This document shows positions 49,422 through 61,531 of a stretch of 64,000 nucleotides of DNA, piece after piece (position 1 is the stretch's first letter; every line of letters begins with the position of its first letter). Position numbers and translations under genes: made by a program. This DNA is from Squalus acanthias. Lineage: Eukaryota. The notes beneath the pieces were generated by a model that had not been told where the DNA came from, ran no database searches, and saw nothing but the letters and a program-made list of their open reading frames with translations. Location of the stretch: NCBI GenBank assembly GCA_030390025.1, contig CM059434.1, forward strand, positions 45,384,001 to 45,448,000. The letters run 5' to 3'.

Positions 49422-49704
49422 TCACAAGGGTAGTCACTTGGGTATTTTGTTAAGTTGTAAAGTTTTGATTGTCATCCTTTTGTGCTATGATTAAACAAAA
49501 GTGATGGCAAAGAGTTGAAGTTCTGGCCTATGTGTTCTGGGAAATGGAAGTTGCACATTGAGGGCTCAGGGTGACTTGCATTTGTAATGATGGTGCTGAG
49601 AGTAATACGAAAGCATCGTTTATTGAAGAGATGATGTATGGCGTGTTAAGAAGGTGATCCACACATTCATAGCCATATGCCAGCCACCTGTGGTTGAAGC
49701 ATAA

Positions 49705-50899
49705 GCTTCCGCGAATCTGACATGGATGAGTGCATCGCTTGCGTGACGGCCAGCAACGTGGTCGAGTGCTACTGCATTGGCCACATCCGGCCCCGCAAGG
49801 CGTGCCTCCTCCTCCTCGTCCTCCCTGTCTTCCAAGGATGCTCTGCACTGAGCCACTTGTTCCTCAGGCAGCGCTAAGCCACACTGCTGTGTGATTTTGT
49901 GCAGGGCACAGCAAACGATGATGATTCTGGGCACCCTGGCTGGTGCATACTGCAGGGCTCCACCAGATCTGTCGAGGCATCCGAATTGCATTTTGAGCAA
50001 GCTGATGGTTTGCTCTATGATGCTTCTGGTGGAAATGCGGCTCACATTGTACCGCTCCTCAGCCTCGTTTGATGGCCTCCTCATCGGTGTCATGAGCCAC
50101 TTTTTCAGGGGATAGCTCTTGTCGCCAAGTAGCCATCCGGAAAGTTGGGTTGGCGGATTGAAGAGCTGAAGCACAGTAGACTGCCGCAGGATGAAGGAGT
50201 CATGGCAACTGCCAGGGTACTTTGCACAAACATGGATGATGATCTTCCTGTGGTTACACACCAGCTGGACGTTAAGGGAGTGGAATCCCTTGCGGTTGAC
50301 AAATACAGCTGGGTTGTGATGGGGTACCTTAATGGCCACATGTGTGCAGTCTATGACGCCCTGCACCATTGGGAAGCCTGCCATATTTACAAAGCCAATT
50401 GCACGCGCAGTTACACTTGCTTCAGCTGTGGAGAAGTGGATGTAATTGTGAGCCTTTGCAAAGAGGCATGCATTATGCAGGCGTGTGCGGCCGACTGGGA
50501 GATGCCGCTGATGTGTGCAGTGAATCCCTGGAATGAGCCCAAAGCACAGAAGTTGAGTGCGGTGGTGACTTTGACAGCCACTGGTAAGGAGTGTCCACAC
50601 GCTCCTCTGGGCTGCAGCATTGTGCAGATGTCAGCGACTACCTCTCGCGAAAGTCTCAGCCTCCTTTGGCACTGCTGCTCACTCATGTTGAGGAAGCTCA
50701 TCCTCTGCCTGTAAACCCTGTGTTGCGGGTATCTCCTGCAGCGCGGTGCAGCCCTGCGCTGACGCCTTCTGCCCTGTGCATCATCAGGTAGCTGAGGAGA
50801 AGGTTGGCGCTCCTGTTGTTGCTGCTGGTTGCACTGCTGTCGCAGCTGCTTTGCCTCCAAATTGGACAACCAGGATGAGAGGATATAAATGGTTCCCAT
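49705..50899 (-). pseudogene. Harbinger transposase of element E (frameshift from a small deletion at about 50470)
   Basis: [10 protein letters not shown]...Q-rich; VIDCTHV, CHDSFIL, GDKSYP, IIEQTI. Confidence 0.92.
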
Positions 50900-51833
50900 A
50901 CCGCTGGTATATATCTCAGTTGAGGAATGGAGGTTGCGCTCAGACAAAGTGGCCAGAGGGTATTCGAAGGAGCTCACACTGCAGATGGATTTCAGCCTCA
51001 ACACTCACAAGATTAGTAGAACTGAAAAATGTCTCCCAAACCTCAAAGCACTAAGTTGTGGCATGTGAAAGAATGAGAGATTGCAGGACTGCTTTTAAGC
51101 TGTTTGAGCAGCTGCCAACAATTCAGGTCCTCGTTCAACCCGGCTCGATTCAGCTGACGTGTTTTTCTGAAGGCGGGCAGCATGGTGAAAAACCTGCACA
51201 ATCCAAACAGGCAGTTAAAATAGGATTATCCAGGCAGTTAACAAGCTCTTAACTGCCTCTCCCGCCTTTTGGTGTCAGGTCAGTTCAGGAGCGGCTGACC
51301 CGACACTTGCCAAAGTCGCATGGAGGCGGGATGGTGGCGGGTTCGCAGCCCGCCGTCAATTTTTCCGCTTTTTGCTACCGGCCCGCCTCCAAACCCGCCC
51401 TCTGAGGTCTATTAAATTCACGGCCATTGCTTCTTCCTAGAACCTGATGCAAACACACTTGTCAAAAGTTGATTTCTGTAATGGTGACAGTTTCCAACAT
51501 AAAACAAAAATTGGCAGTAGCAGTGCAAGATATGAGCTCTTTAACAACAGCTGTTGAACGGAAGAATTCAGGAAACTCTAGTAGATTAATTAATGAAGAA
51601 TTTTTGGTCAGTTAGTGTTGCTCACTAGTGGGGTTCAGGATATGCCAATCTGGCACCCTCAGTATGTTACAACCTGGAAACATGCTCTCAGCCTTAGTTA
51701 GTTTCTGTAGAGAACGTGCATTTTTACAAGTGAAAGTGATAGCCATATTTCTAAAACAGGTATTGTTGAGTTACATTTATTTCATCATGAAGGTCCCCAT
51801 TTATGTTTTTCCCCATTTTTTTCTCTGTTTCAG

Positions 51834-52157
51834 TGCCACCCCCCAGCATATCAGAACTCACCTGTAGCCCTAATGCTGAGCCAGGAAAAGAAGTCACATT
51901 GCTCTGTACCATAAGTACATTGTTTCCAAAAGACATTGAGGTTCAATGGTACAGAGACAAAGTGGAAGTTATAAATGGAGGTAACGTTGGAATGGTGATG
52001 GAAGAGGGATTTTCTGAAGGTGGATTGTCGAATATAATTGCAAAAACAATTTTCATTCCCATCTTGGATGACAACCAAGTGGAATACAGCATTAAAGTTA
52101 CTCATCCACGGGCGTCAGCAATACCTGTTGAACGTAGTATGAAGCTAATCCTGCAGG
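51834..52157 (+). CDS. NCR3LG1-like: B7-H6-like gene exon 5, post-TM Ig C1-like domain 1 (no F-strand Cys)
   Basis: Phase 1-1, 324 nt, strong splice sites; VTLLCTISTLFPKDIEVQWYR...VEYSIKVTH. Confidence 0.88.
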
Positions 52158-52401
52158 GTAAGGGCAATAGTTTTATTTGGCTCCATTGCACTGTAGTATT
52201 TAGACATTTTAAGGCATGATGGAAGAAAGATTTGTTTTGCACTGTGTGAGAAAGATACAGCATTTGACAAGTGAAGGTAATTTATTAAAGCCATTTTTTG
52301 GAAATATTAGATTAACATTATGATCATTTTGAATATTCTGACAGAAAGCTGTATTAAATATTGGCTCAATTTAATGGGGCGAGAAACTAGCTGAAGACAT
52401 T

Positions 52402-53125
52402 GGCCTGGAATTTGCGGTCGGGATGACAGTGAACTGGAAGTGTTTGCCGTCATTCCGCCTTTGAAACTGACTGCAACTTTCGGCATTTGGCGCATGCATA
52501 GGTGTATGCAGAAATCCCGAGTTGCTGTCAGTCATTGACAGCTGGGAAACAGGCTGCACTGTGTAATCAGCCAAATCATTGAAACTGATGAAAACTTTGG
52601 CTCTTCTGCAGTAAGAACATTGTTAAATTCCCCACTAAAGTTAGACCCAAAGGGATTAGGTGTAACTGGGGTTTTAACAGCGTATTGACTGCTAAACAAA
52701 TACTAATGGCCTGGAAAACTAATTTTATTTTGGTGCTGTGAAATTTGTCCATTCTAATAAAAATTAACATTTTTAAGAAACTTTTCAAGTTTGTCCATCT
52801 TTATTTTAGGTTTGCCTTTTCCCCATGTGCGAGCCCCAATCTTTGTTTTGCTCTCTCTGACATTTTTTTAAATTAGAATTTTAACAGCTTACCCACTTCC
52901 TTGTTCGCTGTCTGTGAGAATTCTGCCTTTTGATTGGCTGTTTAGACAGCCTGTTGACATCACAGCAGTTCCCACAAGGGGATCCCCACTACAGTCCGTT
53001 GAATTGAATTGAAGGTTGGAAAACCCGAAGTTCTCGGCCCAGGGATTGTGAGGTCCTTGTGCAGAGCGTGCTTCAGGGCCAGCAGCGAACACCTTCACTT
53101 CGCTGCTGACCGCAAATTCTGGGCC
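52402..53125. mobile_element. Harbinger-type MITE
   Basis: TIR GGCC(TG/CA)GAATTTGCGGTC; ATT TSD; absent from duplicate copy 2 (about 55460). Confidence 0.9.
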
Positions 53126-54875
53126 ATTGTGTCCTTAGGGCAGGTATAGCTGGTATTGGTGCATTTTAAAATTGGTGACAGTAATATTAGAAACATTAAA
53201 AACAGTAAAGATAAATAATTGATTTTATTTTTCACCTATCAGGCAGAAAATGAAGACAGCATATTTTTTGTAAAGTACCTTATTTAAGTAGCAGGTGATT
53301 GTTATTAAAATGACTTATACTTTTGAAAGAAAAATCACGCATTTTAATTACCTCAAGTTGTGAAGTATGTATGATCATTGCTGTAAGAGTTGTGCTGTGT
53401 CACTACAGTCTGTTTGGTCTTTTCTACACACATTCTTGCTCCTTACCTGTAACATTGAGATAAATTTATAAAATTAATCACATTGTGCTGAGCCTTTAAT
53501 AAAGCTTCTTATATGGGATGACAGGTAGCATGAACATTTATAAAATCTCATTTGTGTGTCATTAGAAAGTAAAGCCTAGAAATTACGGTTGGTGATATTA
53601 GTGGATATGCACTTATGTTTGTATAGTGTTCCCTTGCCTGCTATTTTAGCAAAGGTATTAATCCATTTAAAATAAACAGGTTAATACCTGCATTAAAATA
53701 GCAGACAGAAGAATGTCATACAAATGTATTAAGCATTGATCAGTTAATATTGGGAACAGTAATTTCTGGGTTCAGATGATCCTTTATATGTCTAAGTGCC
53801 TTCTCAGAGCCATATATGGTTTTGTTTGATTGCAATTTTTCATATAAGCACTAAAGAGGTATAGGGTAAAGGTGGAGTGAGGGTAAAACCTCGATGTAAA
53901 AGATAAAAATGCAGGAATGACAAAGTTTGAAAGTTATCAAGATGAAAGTTATGCTGGAGGAAAGGTCAGAATGAAACAATAGAAAAAGATCATTTGGAAA
54001 ATGAGGCAAGGAAAGTAAAACTTAATACTACCAGCATTCATGGCGTTTGAAAACGAAGAGACATTTAGATATTGTTTTTCTCCCATTTAGTGGTTTTAAT
54101 CTGACAACATGAAAAGTCTAGAATAAAAGGGAATTGCAATTGTGTTCAAAGTACAAGTGTCTATTTAGTTGCAATTTTATTTTGAGAAAACTTCTGGCCA
54201 TTGTATCACAAAGATGTCTTGATTGTTCATTCTTATGTTGTAAGTATTGCAAACCTCAATTTCACCCCATTAAAAACTGTTTACTTGCCTTTACAATAAA
54301 TACAATTACACAGAGCTTTTAGGCTTTTGCATGAGGCTGCAGCAAATATCTTTTAAACAGAGTATCTTCCATATTATGTCTTCACGGCTGTATGATGCCA
54401 CTGAAACGCACTAACACTGGATATTATTCAAACTTATTATAACTCTGGTCTGGTGTTTTAATATTGGAAGACATTGCTTCTTCCTATCAACTGATGCAAA
54501 CCCACTTGTCAAAAGTTGTTAGCTGTAATAGTGGCATTTTATAACATAAAAGAAAAATTGGCAAGATATGAGCTGTTTAAACAACAGAGGTTGAATGAAA
54601 GAATTCAGAAAACTCTGTACTTTAATTAACAAAGAATGTTTGGGTATTTTTCCAAGGGTGTAGCTCACTAGTGGGTTTCAGGATATGTCAACCTGGCACT
54701 CTTAGTATGTTACAACCTGGAAATATGCTTGCAGCCTCAGTTAGTTTCTATAGAGTCAGCGCATTTTTACAAAGGAAGTGATATCCGTATTTCTAAAACA
54801 GATATTGTTGAGTTATGCTTATTTCATCATGAAGGTCTTCATTTATGTTTTTCCCCATTTTTTTCTCTGTTTCAG

Positions 54876-55199
54876 TGCCACCCCCCAGCATATCAGAACT
54901 CACCTGTAGCCCTAATGCTGAGCCAGGAAAAGAAGTCACATTGCTCTGTACCATAAGTACATTGTTTCCAAAAGACATTGAGGTTCAATGGTACAGAGAC
55001 AAAGTGGAAATTATAAATGGAGGTAACGTTGGAATGGTGATGGAAGAGGGATTTTCTGAAGGTGGATTGTCGAATATAATTGCAAAAACAATTTTCATTC
55101 CCACCTTGGATGACAACCAAGTGGAATACAGCATTAAAGTTACTCATCCACGGGCGTCAGCAATACCGGTTGAACGTAGTATGAAACTAATCCTGCAGG
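54876..55199 (+). CDS. NCR3LG1-like: B7-H6-like gene exon 6, post-TM Ig domain 2 (near-identical to exon 5)
   Basis: Phase 1-1, 324 nt, 4 nt different from 51834-52157. Confidence 0.86.
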
Positions 55200-55639
55200 G
55201 TAAGGGCAACAGTTTCATTTGGCTCCATTGCACTGTAGTATTTAGACAAAATACGAGTCATGAGTGGATATTGTGATTAATAAACTTTGATTCGCTGCAG
55301 GAAATTTGTATGCACTATGTGAGAGGTATTTGACTAGTAGAGATTTTTTTTAAACTGATTTTGGTAGTACGAGATTAAATTATATTATGATCATGTTGAA
55401 TATTCTGACAACAAGATATATTAAACATTGGATCAGAGTAATGGGTGAAAATCTGGCTGCAGGCAGTCCCAGCTGGTATTTGTGTATTTTAAAATTGGTA
55501 ACAGTAATGTTTGAAACATTCTATTTTTCACCTATATGGCAGAAAGTGAAGATTGATGAAAGGATATTTATTGTAAAGTATCGTATTTAAGTAGAAAATG
55601 ATTGGCATTATTTAACCTACACATTTGAAAGAACAAGTT

Positions 55640-57122
55640 GCACAAAACTCAGATCCGTAGTGCCTGTTTTTTGGGTGCTACAAGTGCCCTTAGAGCTCCA
55701 AAATGGCATCTGTGGCGCACCTGCACGCTTGTGGGGCGAATTGCGTTGGATGCCATATTGGTGAGGGTGTTAGTGCGCGCACAGTGAATGCCTGCCGGAA
55801 GTATGCAGAGCAGGCAGATCATGGCGTCAGTCAGCGAGCAATGCTGATTTGACGCCAGCGCTGCCATTTTGGAGCTCAACGCTCCAGATAACACCCTCTC
55901 TTAACCTGGCACAGCTGAACACACGTTCAGCAGCATGGAGGACCCCCAAGCAGCGCTATTTAAAGGGATCATCAACTACTTACAGGTTAGTTGCTGGTTG
56001 ATTTCTTCTGGCTGCTGGTACACATCTACAAGCGTTTGGTGCTTTCAATAGTTGTTTACAGTTGCCAAAGTCTACAGGGAGTGGTGTGGCAGGTGGTGAA
56101 GGACTTTTTCCTGAATTCAAGGCTTCTGCACAAACCATTTGCTGCCAGACATGGGTGCACTAGTAGGAATTCCCCTTGGAATACAGCATGACTTGGAGAA
56201 TAAACAGAGTGCACACAGAGCAGGACAAGTTGCTGGAAGTGGGAGGAGGAAGAGGGGGAGAAAGGCAGGAGGCCATATCCGCCCAGGGTGTTCAGGGAGC
56301 GATTATCCTACCTGAACCTCAGCGAGGATGTGTGAGACATCTGCACATAAAAGTTCATCGCCACGGTCACCTTTACAACCACTGGCAATGCGGTCCTTGT
56401 CTTGCTTGGAGGTTGCAGTTGTCGCTGCAGCAGGTAGCAGATTTCAGTGAGGATGTTTAGGGATAGCATAAGATACAAGGAGAGGGCATATAAATTGGCC
56501 ACGTTATATTGCCTGCGTAAAGGCCCACGGATCCTGGGGCGCACGCGGTTCGCAAGCCAGGCCAACCAATGTTTATGGGGATTCCATTTACATACGGAAT
56601 CCCCATAAGCAGAATAGAAATCACCTAATAAATAAAATTTCACAATACTGAAATAAAAATAAGTGACCACAGATTCAAAATTAATTAAAATACCCTTTAA
56701 TTAAACATTTTAAATAAAAAGTTTAATTTTTTGAAAAATAAATGTTAACATTTTTAAACGGGACAAAAATAACCTAAACTAATTTTAAATGTAAGTGAAT
56801 GCTTAAATCATTAAAAAAATATATTTTAACATTTATTTTAACCCTTACGCCGGTAAAAGAAGGCCGTACGTCTGCTTTTACCAGGCGTAAGGGTTTTGTG
56901 GGTATTCGCTGGGCAGTAATTGGGTAAATAGCCCAACTCTGCACCAGGGAAAGTGAGTTTACAGTGGATGCGTACGATCCATCAAGGAGAAACTTGACAG
57001 ATCGCAAGTTCCGGGTCTTCGCACATGCGCACTGCATGCAGAAACCCGGAACTTGCGGGGCCATTCACAGCACTTATGATGAAGTGTGCGTACGCCATCA
57101 TAGGCCCTGTAAATTCCGGGCC
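55640..57122. mobile_element. Composite Harbinger remnant: transposase 5' fragment (about 56150-56460, partly inverted) plus MITE right part
   Basis: Absent from duplicate copy 1; RRPYPPRVFRE..SYLNLSE on +, EICYLLQ...ALPVVVKVTVAMNFY on -; ends AAATTCCGGGCC. Confidence 0.75.
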
Positions 57123-57483
57123 ATTAAATAACTCAGACTGCGCTGACCTGTTAATAAAGCTTGTTACATAGGTTGACAGGTAACATGAACATTTATAGTG
57201 TGTCATTAGGAAGTAAAGCCTCGAAATTACGGTTGGTGATATTGGTGGATATACACATACGTTTGTATGGCATTGCCTTGCCCACTATTTTAGCAAAGAT
57301 ATTAATCTATTTAAAATAAACTGGTTCCTTCTCAGAGCCGTATATGGTTTTGTTTGATTGAAATTTCTCATATAAGCAATAAAGAGGTATACGGTAATGG
57401 TGGTGTGTGGGTAAAACCCTGGTGTAAGAGGGTAAAACACAGGAATGATAAAGTTTGAAAGTGAGCAGGATATGCTGGAGGAA

Positions 57484-58685
57484 TTACATGGGATATACGG
57501 CACAGAAACAGACCATTCGGCACAACCAGTCCATGCCGGTGTTTATGCTCCACTCGAGCCTCCTCCTGTCTTTCTTCATCTAAATCTATCAGCATAACCC
57601 TCTATTCACTTCTCCCTCATATGTTTGTCCAGCCTCCCCTTAAATGCATCTATACTATTTGCTTCAACCACTCCCTGTGGTAGCGAGTTCCACATTCTCA
57701 CCACTGTTTGGGTAAAGAAGTTTCTTCTGAATTCCCTATTGGATTTCTTGGTGACTATCTTATATTGATGGCCTCTAATTATGCTCTTCCCCACAAGTGG
57801 AAACATTCTCTCTGTATCCACTCTATGAAAACCTTTCATAATTTTAAAGACCTCTATTAGGTCACCCCTCAGCCTTCATTTTTCAAGAGAAAAGAGACCC
57901 AGCCTGTTCATCCTTTCCTGATACGTATACCCTCACATTTCTGGTATCATCCTTGTAAATCTTCTCTGCACCCTCTCCAGTGCCCCTATATCCTTTTTAT
58001 AATATGGCGACCAGAACTGCACGCAATAGTCCAAGTGTGGTCTAACCAAGGTTCGATACAGGTTTAGCATAACTTCCCTACTTTTCATTTCTATCCTTCT
58101 AGAAATAAACCCTAGTGCTTGGTTTGCATTTTTAATAGCCTTGCTAACCTGTGGCGCAACTTTTAGTGATTTGTGTATTTGTACTCCGAGATCCCTTTGT
58201 TCCTCTACCCCACCTAGACTCGCACCCTCCAAGTGATGTGACCTCCCTCTTCTTCCTACCAAAATGTAATACCTCACATTTTCTGTGTTGAACTTCATTT
58301 GCCAATTATTTGCCCATTCTGCAAGTTTATTAATGTCCTCCTGCAATTTGTTGCAGTCCTCCTCAGTATTGACTATCCCCCCCAATTTGGTATCATCCAC
58401 AAATTTAGAAATTGTGTTTTTGATTCCAAAGTCTAAATTGTTAATGTAAATTGTGAACAGCAGTGATCCCAGCACTGATCCTTGTGGAACACCACTACCC
58501 ACCTTCTGCCACTGTGAATAGCTACCCTTTACTCCTACTCTCTGCTTTCTGTCTTGAAGTCAGCTAGCAAGCCATTCTGCTTCTTGTCCCCTGACTCCGC
58601 ATTCTCTGACCTTATTCATCAGTCTATTATGGGGTACCTTATCGAAGGCCTTTTGAAAATCTAGATAAATTACATCTACTGCATT
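57484..58685 (-). mobile_element. 5'-truncated CR1 LINE
   Basis: YLDFQKAFDKVPH, SGVPQGSVLG, KFVDDTKLGG, LYRTLVRPHLDYCVQFWSP; absent from copy 1 (about 53960). Confidence 0.93.
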
Positions 58686-58960
58686 GGTGTGAATGAAACC
58701 AAAGATAAATTGGAAAATGATGCAAGGAAACCAAAATGTAATACTACCTGCATTGATGGTGTTTGAAAACTGGAGAGGCATTTAGATGTTGTTTTCCTCC
58801 CATTTAGTGGTTTTAATTTAACATCTTGAAAAAAAACTATTCTAAATATAACTGCCGATTGTATTGAAAATACAAATGTATATTTATTTCAAAAACAAAG
58901 TGATCAAATCTTTGGGCAATGTATCACTTCGATTACTTGTTTGTTATTTGTGTTTTGCAG

Positions 58961-59278
58961 TGCCACCTGCTGTATCAGAAATCACCTGCAGTCCTGACCC
59001 TGAACCAGGAAAGAGAGTAACTTTGTCCTGTTGTGTGCATACATACTTCCCAAAAGAGATCGAGGTTGAATGGTACAGAGGTAAGGAAACAATAGAACAG
59101 ACCAAAGGAGATGAAATGATCATGGAAGAGTCCATTTCTGATGATGGTCAAAACAAGACAGCAAAATTAACATTTACTCCAGCCACTGACAATGATCAGA
59201 TTGAATACAGAATTCAAGTTATTCATAGAAGATTATCCTCAACACCCATTGAACGCAGTTTCCAGTTTAACCTTCAAG
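58961..59278 (+). CDS. NCR3LG1-like: B7-H6-like gene exon 7, post-TM Ig domain 3
   Basis: Phase 1-1, 318 nt; VTLSCCVHTYFPKEIEVEWYR...IEYRIQVIH. Confidence 0.88.
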
Positions 59279-59567
59279 GTAAGAGGAAGCTTTCAGGCGA
59301 TCACACTACACTATCTTCACATATAGTTAACTTTGCTGGGAGTAATGAGTCATTGAGAGAATTGTTAAGCTATAAATTGGTAACAGTGAATTTCAGTAGT
59401 TAATTTCTGAGATATTGAGAGATATTTGAAACATTCATGAGAATGAACATAATATTTCCTGTATTTTAGTTATATTGATGATCAGAAACCTTGAGTAATG
59501 AAAAGTGCTTTCAGTATTCCTTGTGTATTTTCTTACTCGGTCCCTATTTCTCATTATTTTATTTCAG

Positions 59568-59888
59568 CGCTCCCTCCTTTAGTATCAGAAATTGCTTTCA
59601 CTGCTAACCCTCAACCAAATCAGAAAACAACTTTGTACAGTACCATAAGTATGTTCTTTCCAAGAGAGATAGTAGTACAGTGGTTCAGAGGGGAGAAAAA
59701 AATCAAAAAGAGAGAGAAATATGGAATAAGCATGGAGGAATTTGCCAGTGAACAAGGACTGTTCAAGACAGCAAAACTAACCTTCACTCCAATGCCTGAT
59801 GATGATCAAGTCCTATACAGAATGAAAGTTGCTTATCCAAAGATAGCCATGATGCCTACTGAGCGCAACTTTCTACTTGATTTAAAAG
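59568..59888 (+). CDS. NCR3LG1-like: B7-H6-like gene exon 8, post-TM Ig domain 4 (cysteine-free)
   Basis: Phase 1-1, 321 nt; TTLYSTISMFFPREIVVQWFR...VLYRMKVAY. Confidence 0.87.
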
Positions 59889-60744
59889 GTAAGGGGTAAT
59901 TTTCAGTTGTTTGCTTTACCTTAGATATCTGAGATACCATTGGATTTGCTGAGAAACATCATTGGTTCTTCTTACCTGATTATGCAATCTGAATATGTGT
60001 AAGAGAAATGTGGTGATGGGCTGGAAAAGATGACTGGGTCGATTTTATTAGCCCCCTCTCTTCCTGTGTTGGTTAGGAACAGTGCACCTGAAGTGTGCTA
60101 TGCCTGCCAAGGCTGAGCTGCAGATGATTTTGGTGTTCTGACCTCTGGCATAGGCTCACCCCTGGCAGGGCCTTAAACTGGCAAAAAAGGGAGGTAACTG
60201 TTGGCCTGGCAACCAACCTTGGGCCCTCTGGCTGTTGGTGGGGTGCAGCAGTCAGAAGGCTCCAAGGCCTGAAGATCCGGTGGGTCACTACTGGGTCCCT
60301 TACCTTAAGGAATCCTGTGGCTTGCTGCTGGACCCCCATCAGGCTCTCTGAAATAGTCAGTATGCCAGGAGCACTCCCTCCTATCTCATTTACATGTGAA
60401 CTTAGTATAGTTACAGGCCCATCTCCGACATCGCTAATGGGTTTCAGACACGTTATTGGGAATGTGACTGTGCATATAACCCTGAAACTTCCACATGAAA
60501 TGCTCCAGCGTTAATTTTCTTCACTTCCATGAAGATAAAATACAAAACAAAAGCGTAAAAAGAAATCAGGATATATATTTTACATATGAAGTGAAAATAG
60601 TAGAAAAAAGAGCAAATGGAGATGGCAGAATGAGTGGGGGGAGGAAAGGGGCAATTGGACAATTAAGGTCATGCTAAACAATTTTTTAATAGAAAAATGT
60701 ATTTTGTAGTATAGAGTTCATCTCACAGTATTAAAACTATTTCC

Positions 60745-61135
60745 TTGATGGCCCAGTAGGTAAAGGCACTGTCCAAGATAGCGCTAAGCCATAGAGACCA
60801 GAAGGCCCCAGGTTCAATTTCTGATCTGTGCTGAGTTCAGCAACTGGGGCACTTCAATTGGCCTCAGTGCACCTGGACCATGGAGAGTAAAATCAGTTAG
60901 AGTTCTTGCTCCTGCTCACTATCCAGTGACTCTGCTAGCGATTGTACATGTGTAGACATTGGGTAAGGACATGGCTAGGCTTGGATATGAAGCCCTCCAC
61001 GGTTGAATAGACTGCAGGATTTTGTCTTTGTGCACTTGTGTAGAATAGCCACTTAGTTGAACTACTGGAGGGTGGTCAGTGCCCATGAAACACTCTGCCA
61101 CAATAGGCAGTGGCTTCAGAAGAGGAGAAAAGTAG
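60745..61135 (+). mobile_element. tRNA-derived SINE-like repeat
   Basis: A-box-like TGGCCCAGTAGG and B-box-like GGTTCAATTTC; related copy at 30695-31100. Confidence 0.6.
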
Positions 61136-61531
61136 CTATAATTTAGTGTTACACACAAACAGAAAATGCTGGAAATACTCAGCAGGTCAGGCAGCATCTG
61201 TGGAGACAGAAACAAAGTTAACGTTTCAGGTCGATGACCTAGTCTAATGCGAGTAGCATTATTACTGCAGTATGAATGTGTGAGCTAAAAACTTGTATAA
61301 AAACAATGGTTGGTCCTGGGGAGCCTGAAATTCCTGGAGTTGCTATTAATCTAAGGGTTAATAATCTGATTGCAGGGAAAAAAAGCATATTAATTTGAGG
61401 GTAAGTGTAAGAATTACAGAGTGAAAGCAGTGGTGAATGGATGTCAGGTATAAACGTACTTAAAAAAAAATGTGCTAAATTAGTACACAAATTAATTTAT
61501 TGCATGGCTAAACTTTTCTACTTCATTTCAG

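Larger units (their letters stand above)
46423..51425. mobile_element. Harbinger transposon E (Myb-like gene +, transposase -)
   Basis: TIR GGCCG(C/T)GAATTTAATAGA (17/18); ATT TSD; empty site visible in the duplicated copy at 54473-54475. Confidence 0.95.
46250..58960 (+). repeat. Tandem duplication of the unit carrying post-TM Ig exon 1/2: copy 1 about 46250-54245, copy 2 about 54320-58960 (each with private insertions)
   Basis: Collinear intron similarity: 46250-46422+51426-51833 vs 54320-54875; 53470-54240 vs 57125-57483+58686-58960. Confidence 0.88.

Noticed and set aside
51426-55250. Assembly false duplication of one exon
   Set aside because: Flanking introns are clearly diverged and carry different insertions, so the duplication is real; only the exact exon identity needs read confirmation
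60745-60830. tRNA gene
   Set aside because: A/B-box-like motifs belong to a SINE head; no cloverleaf
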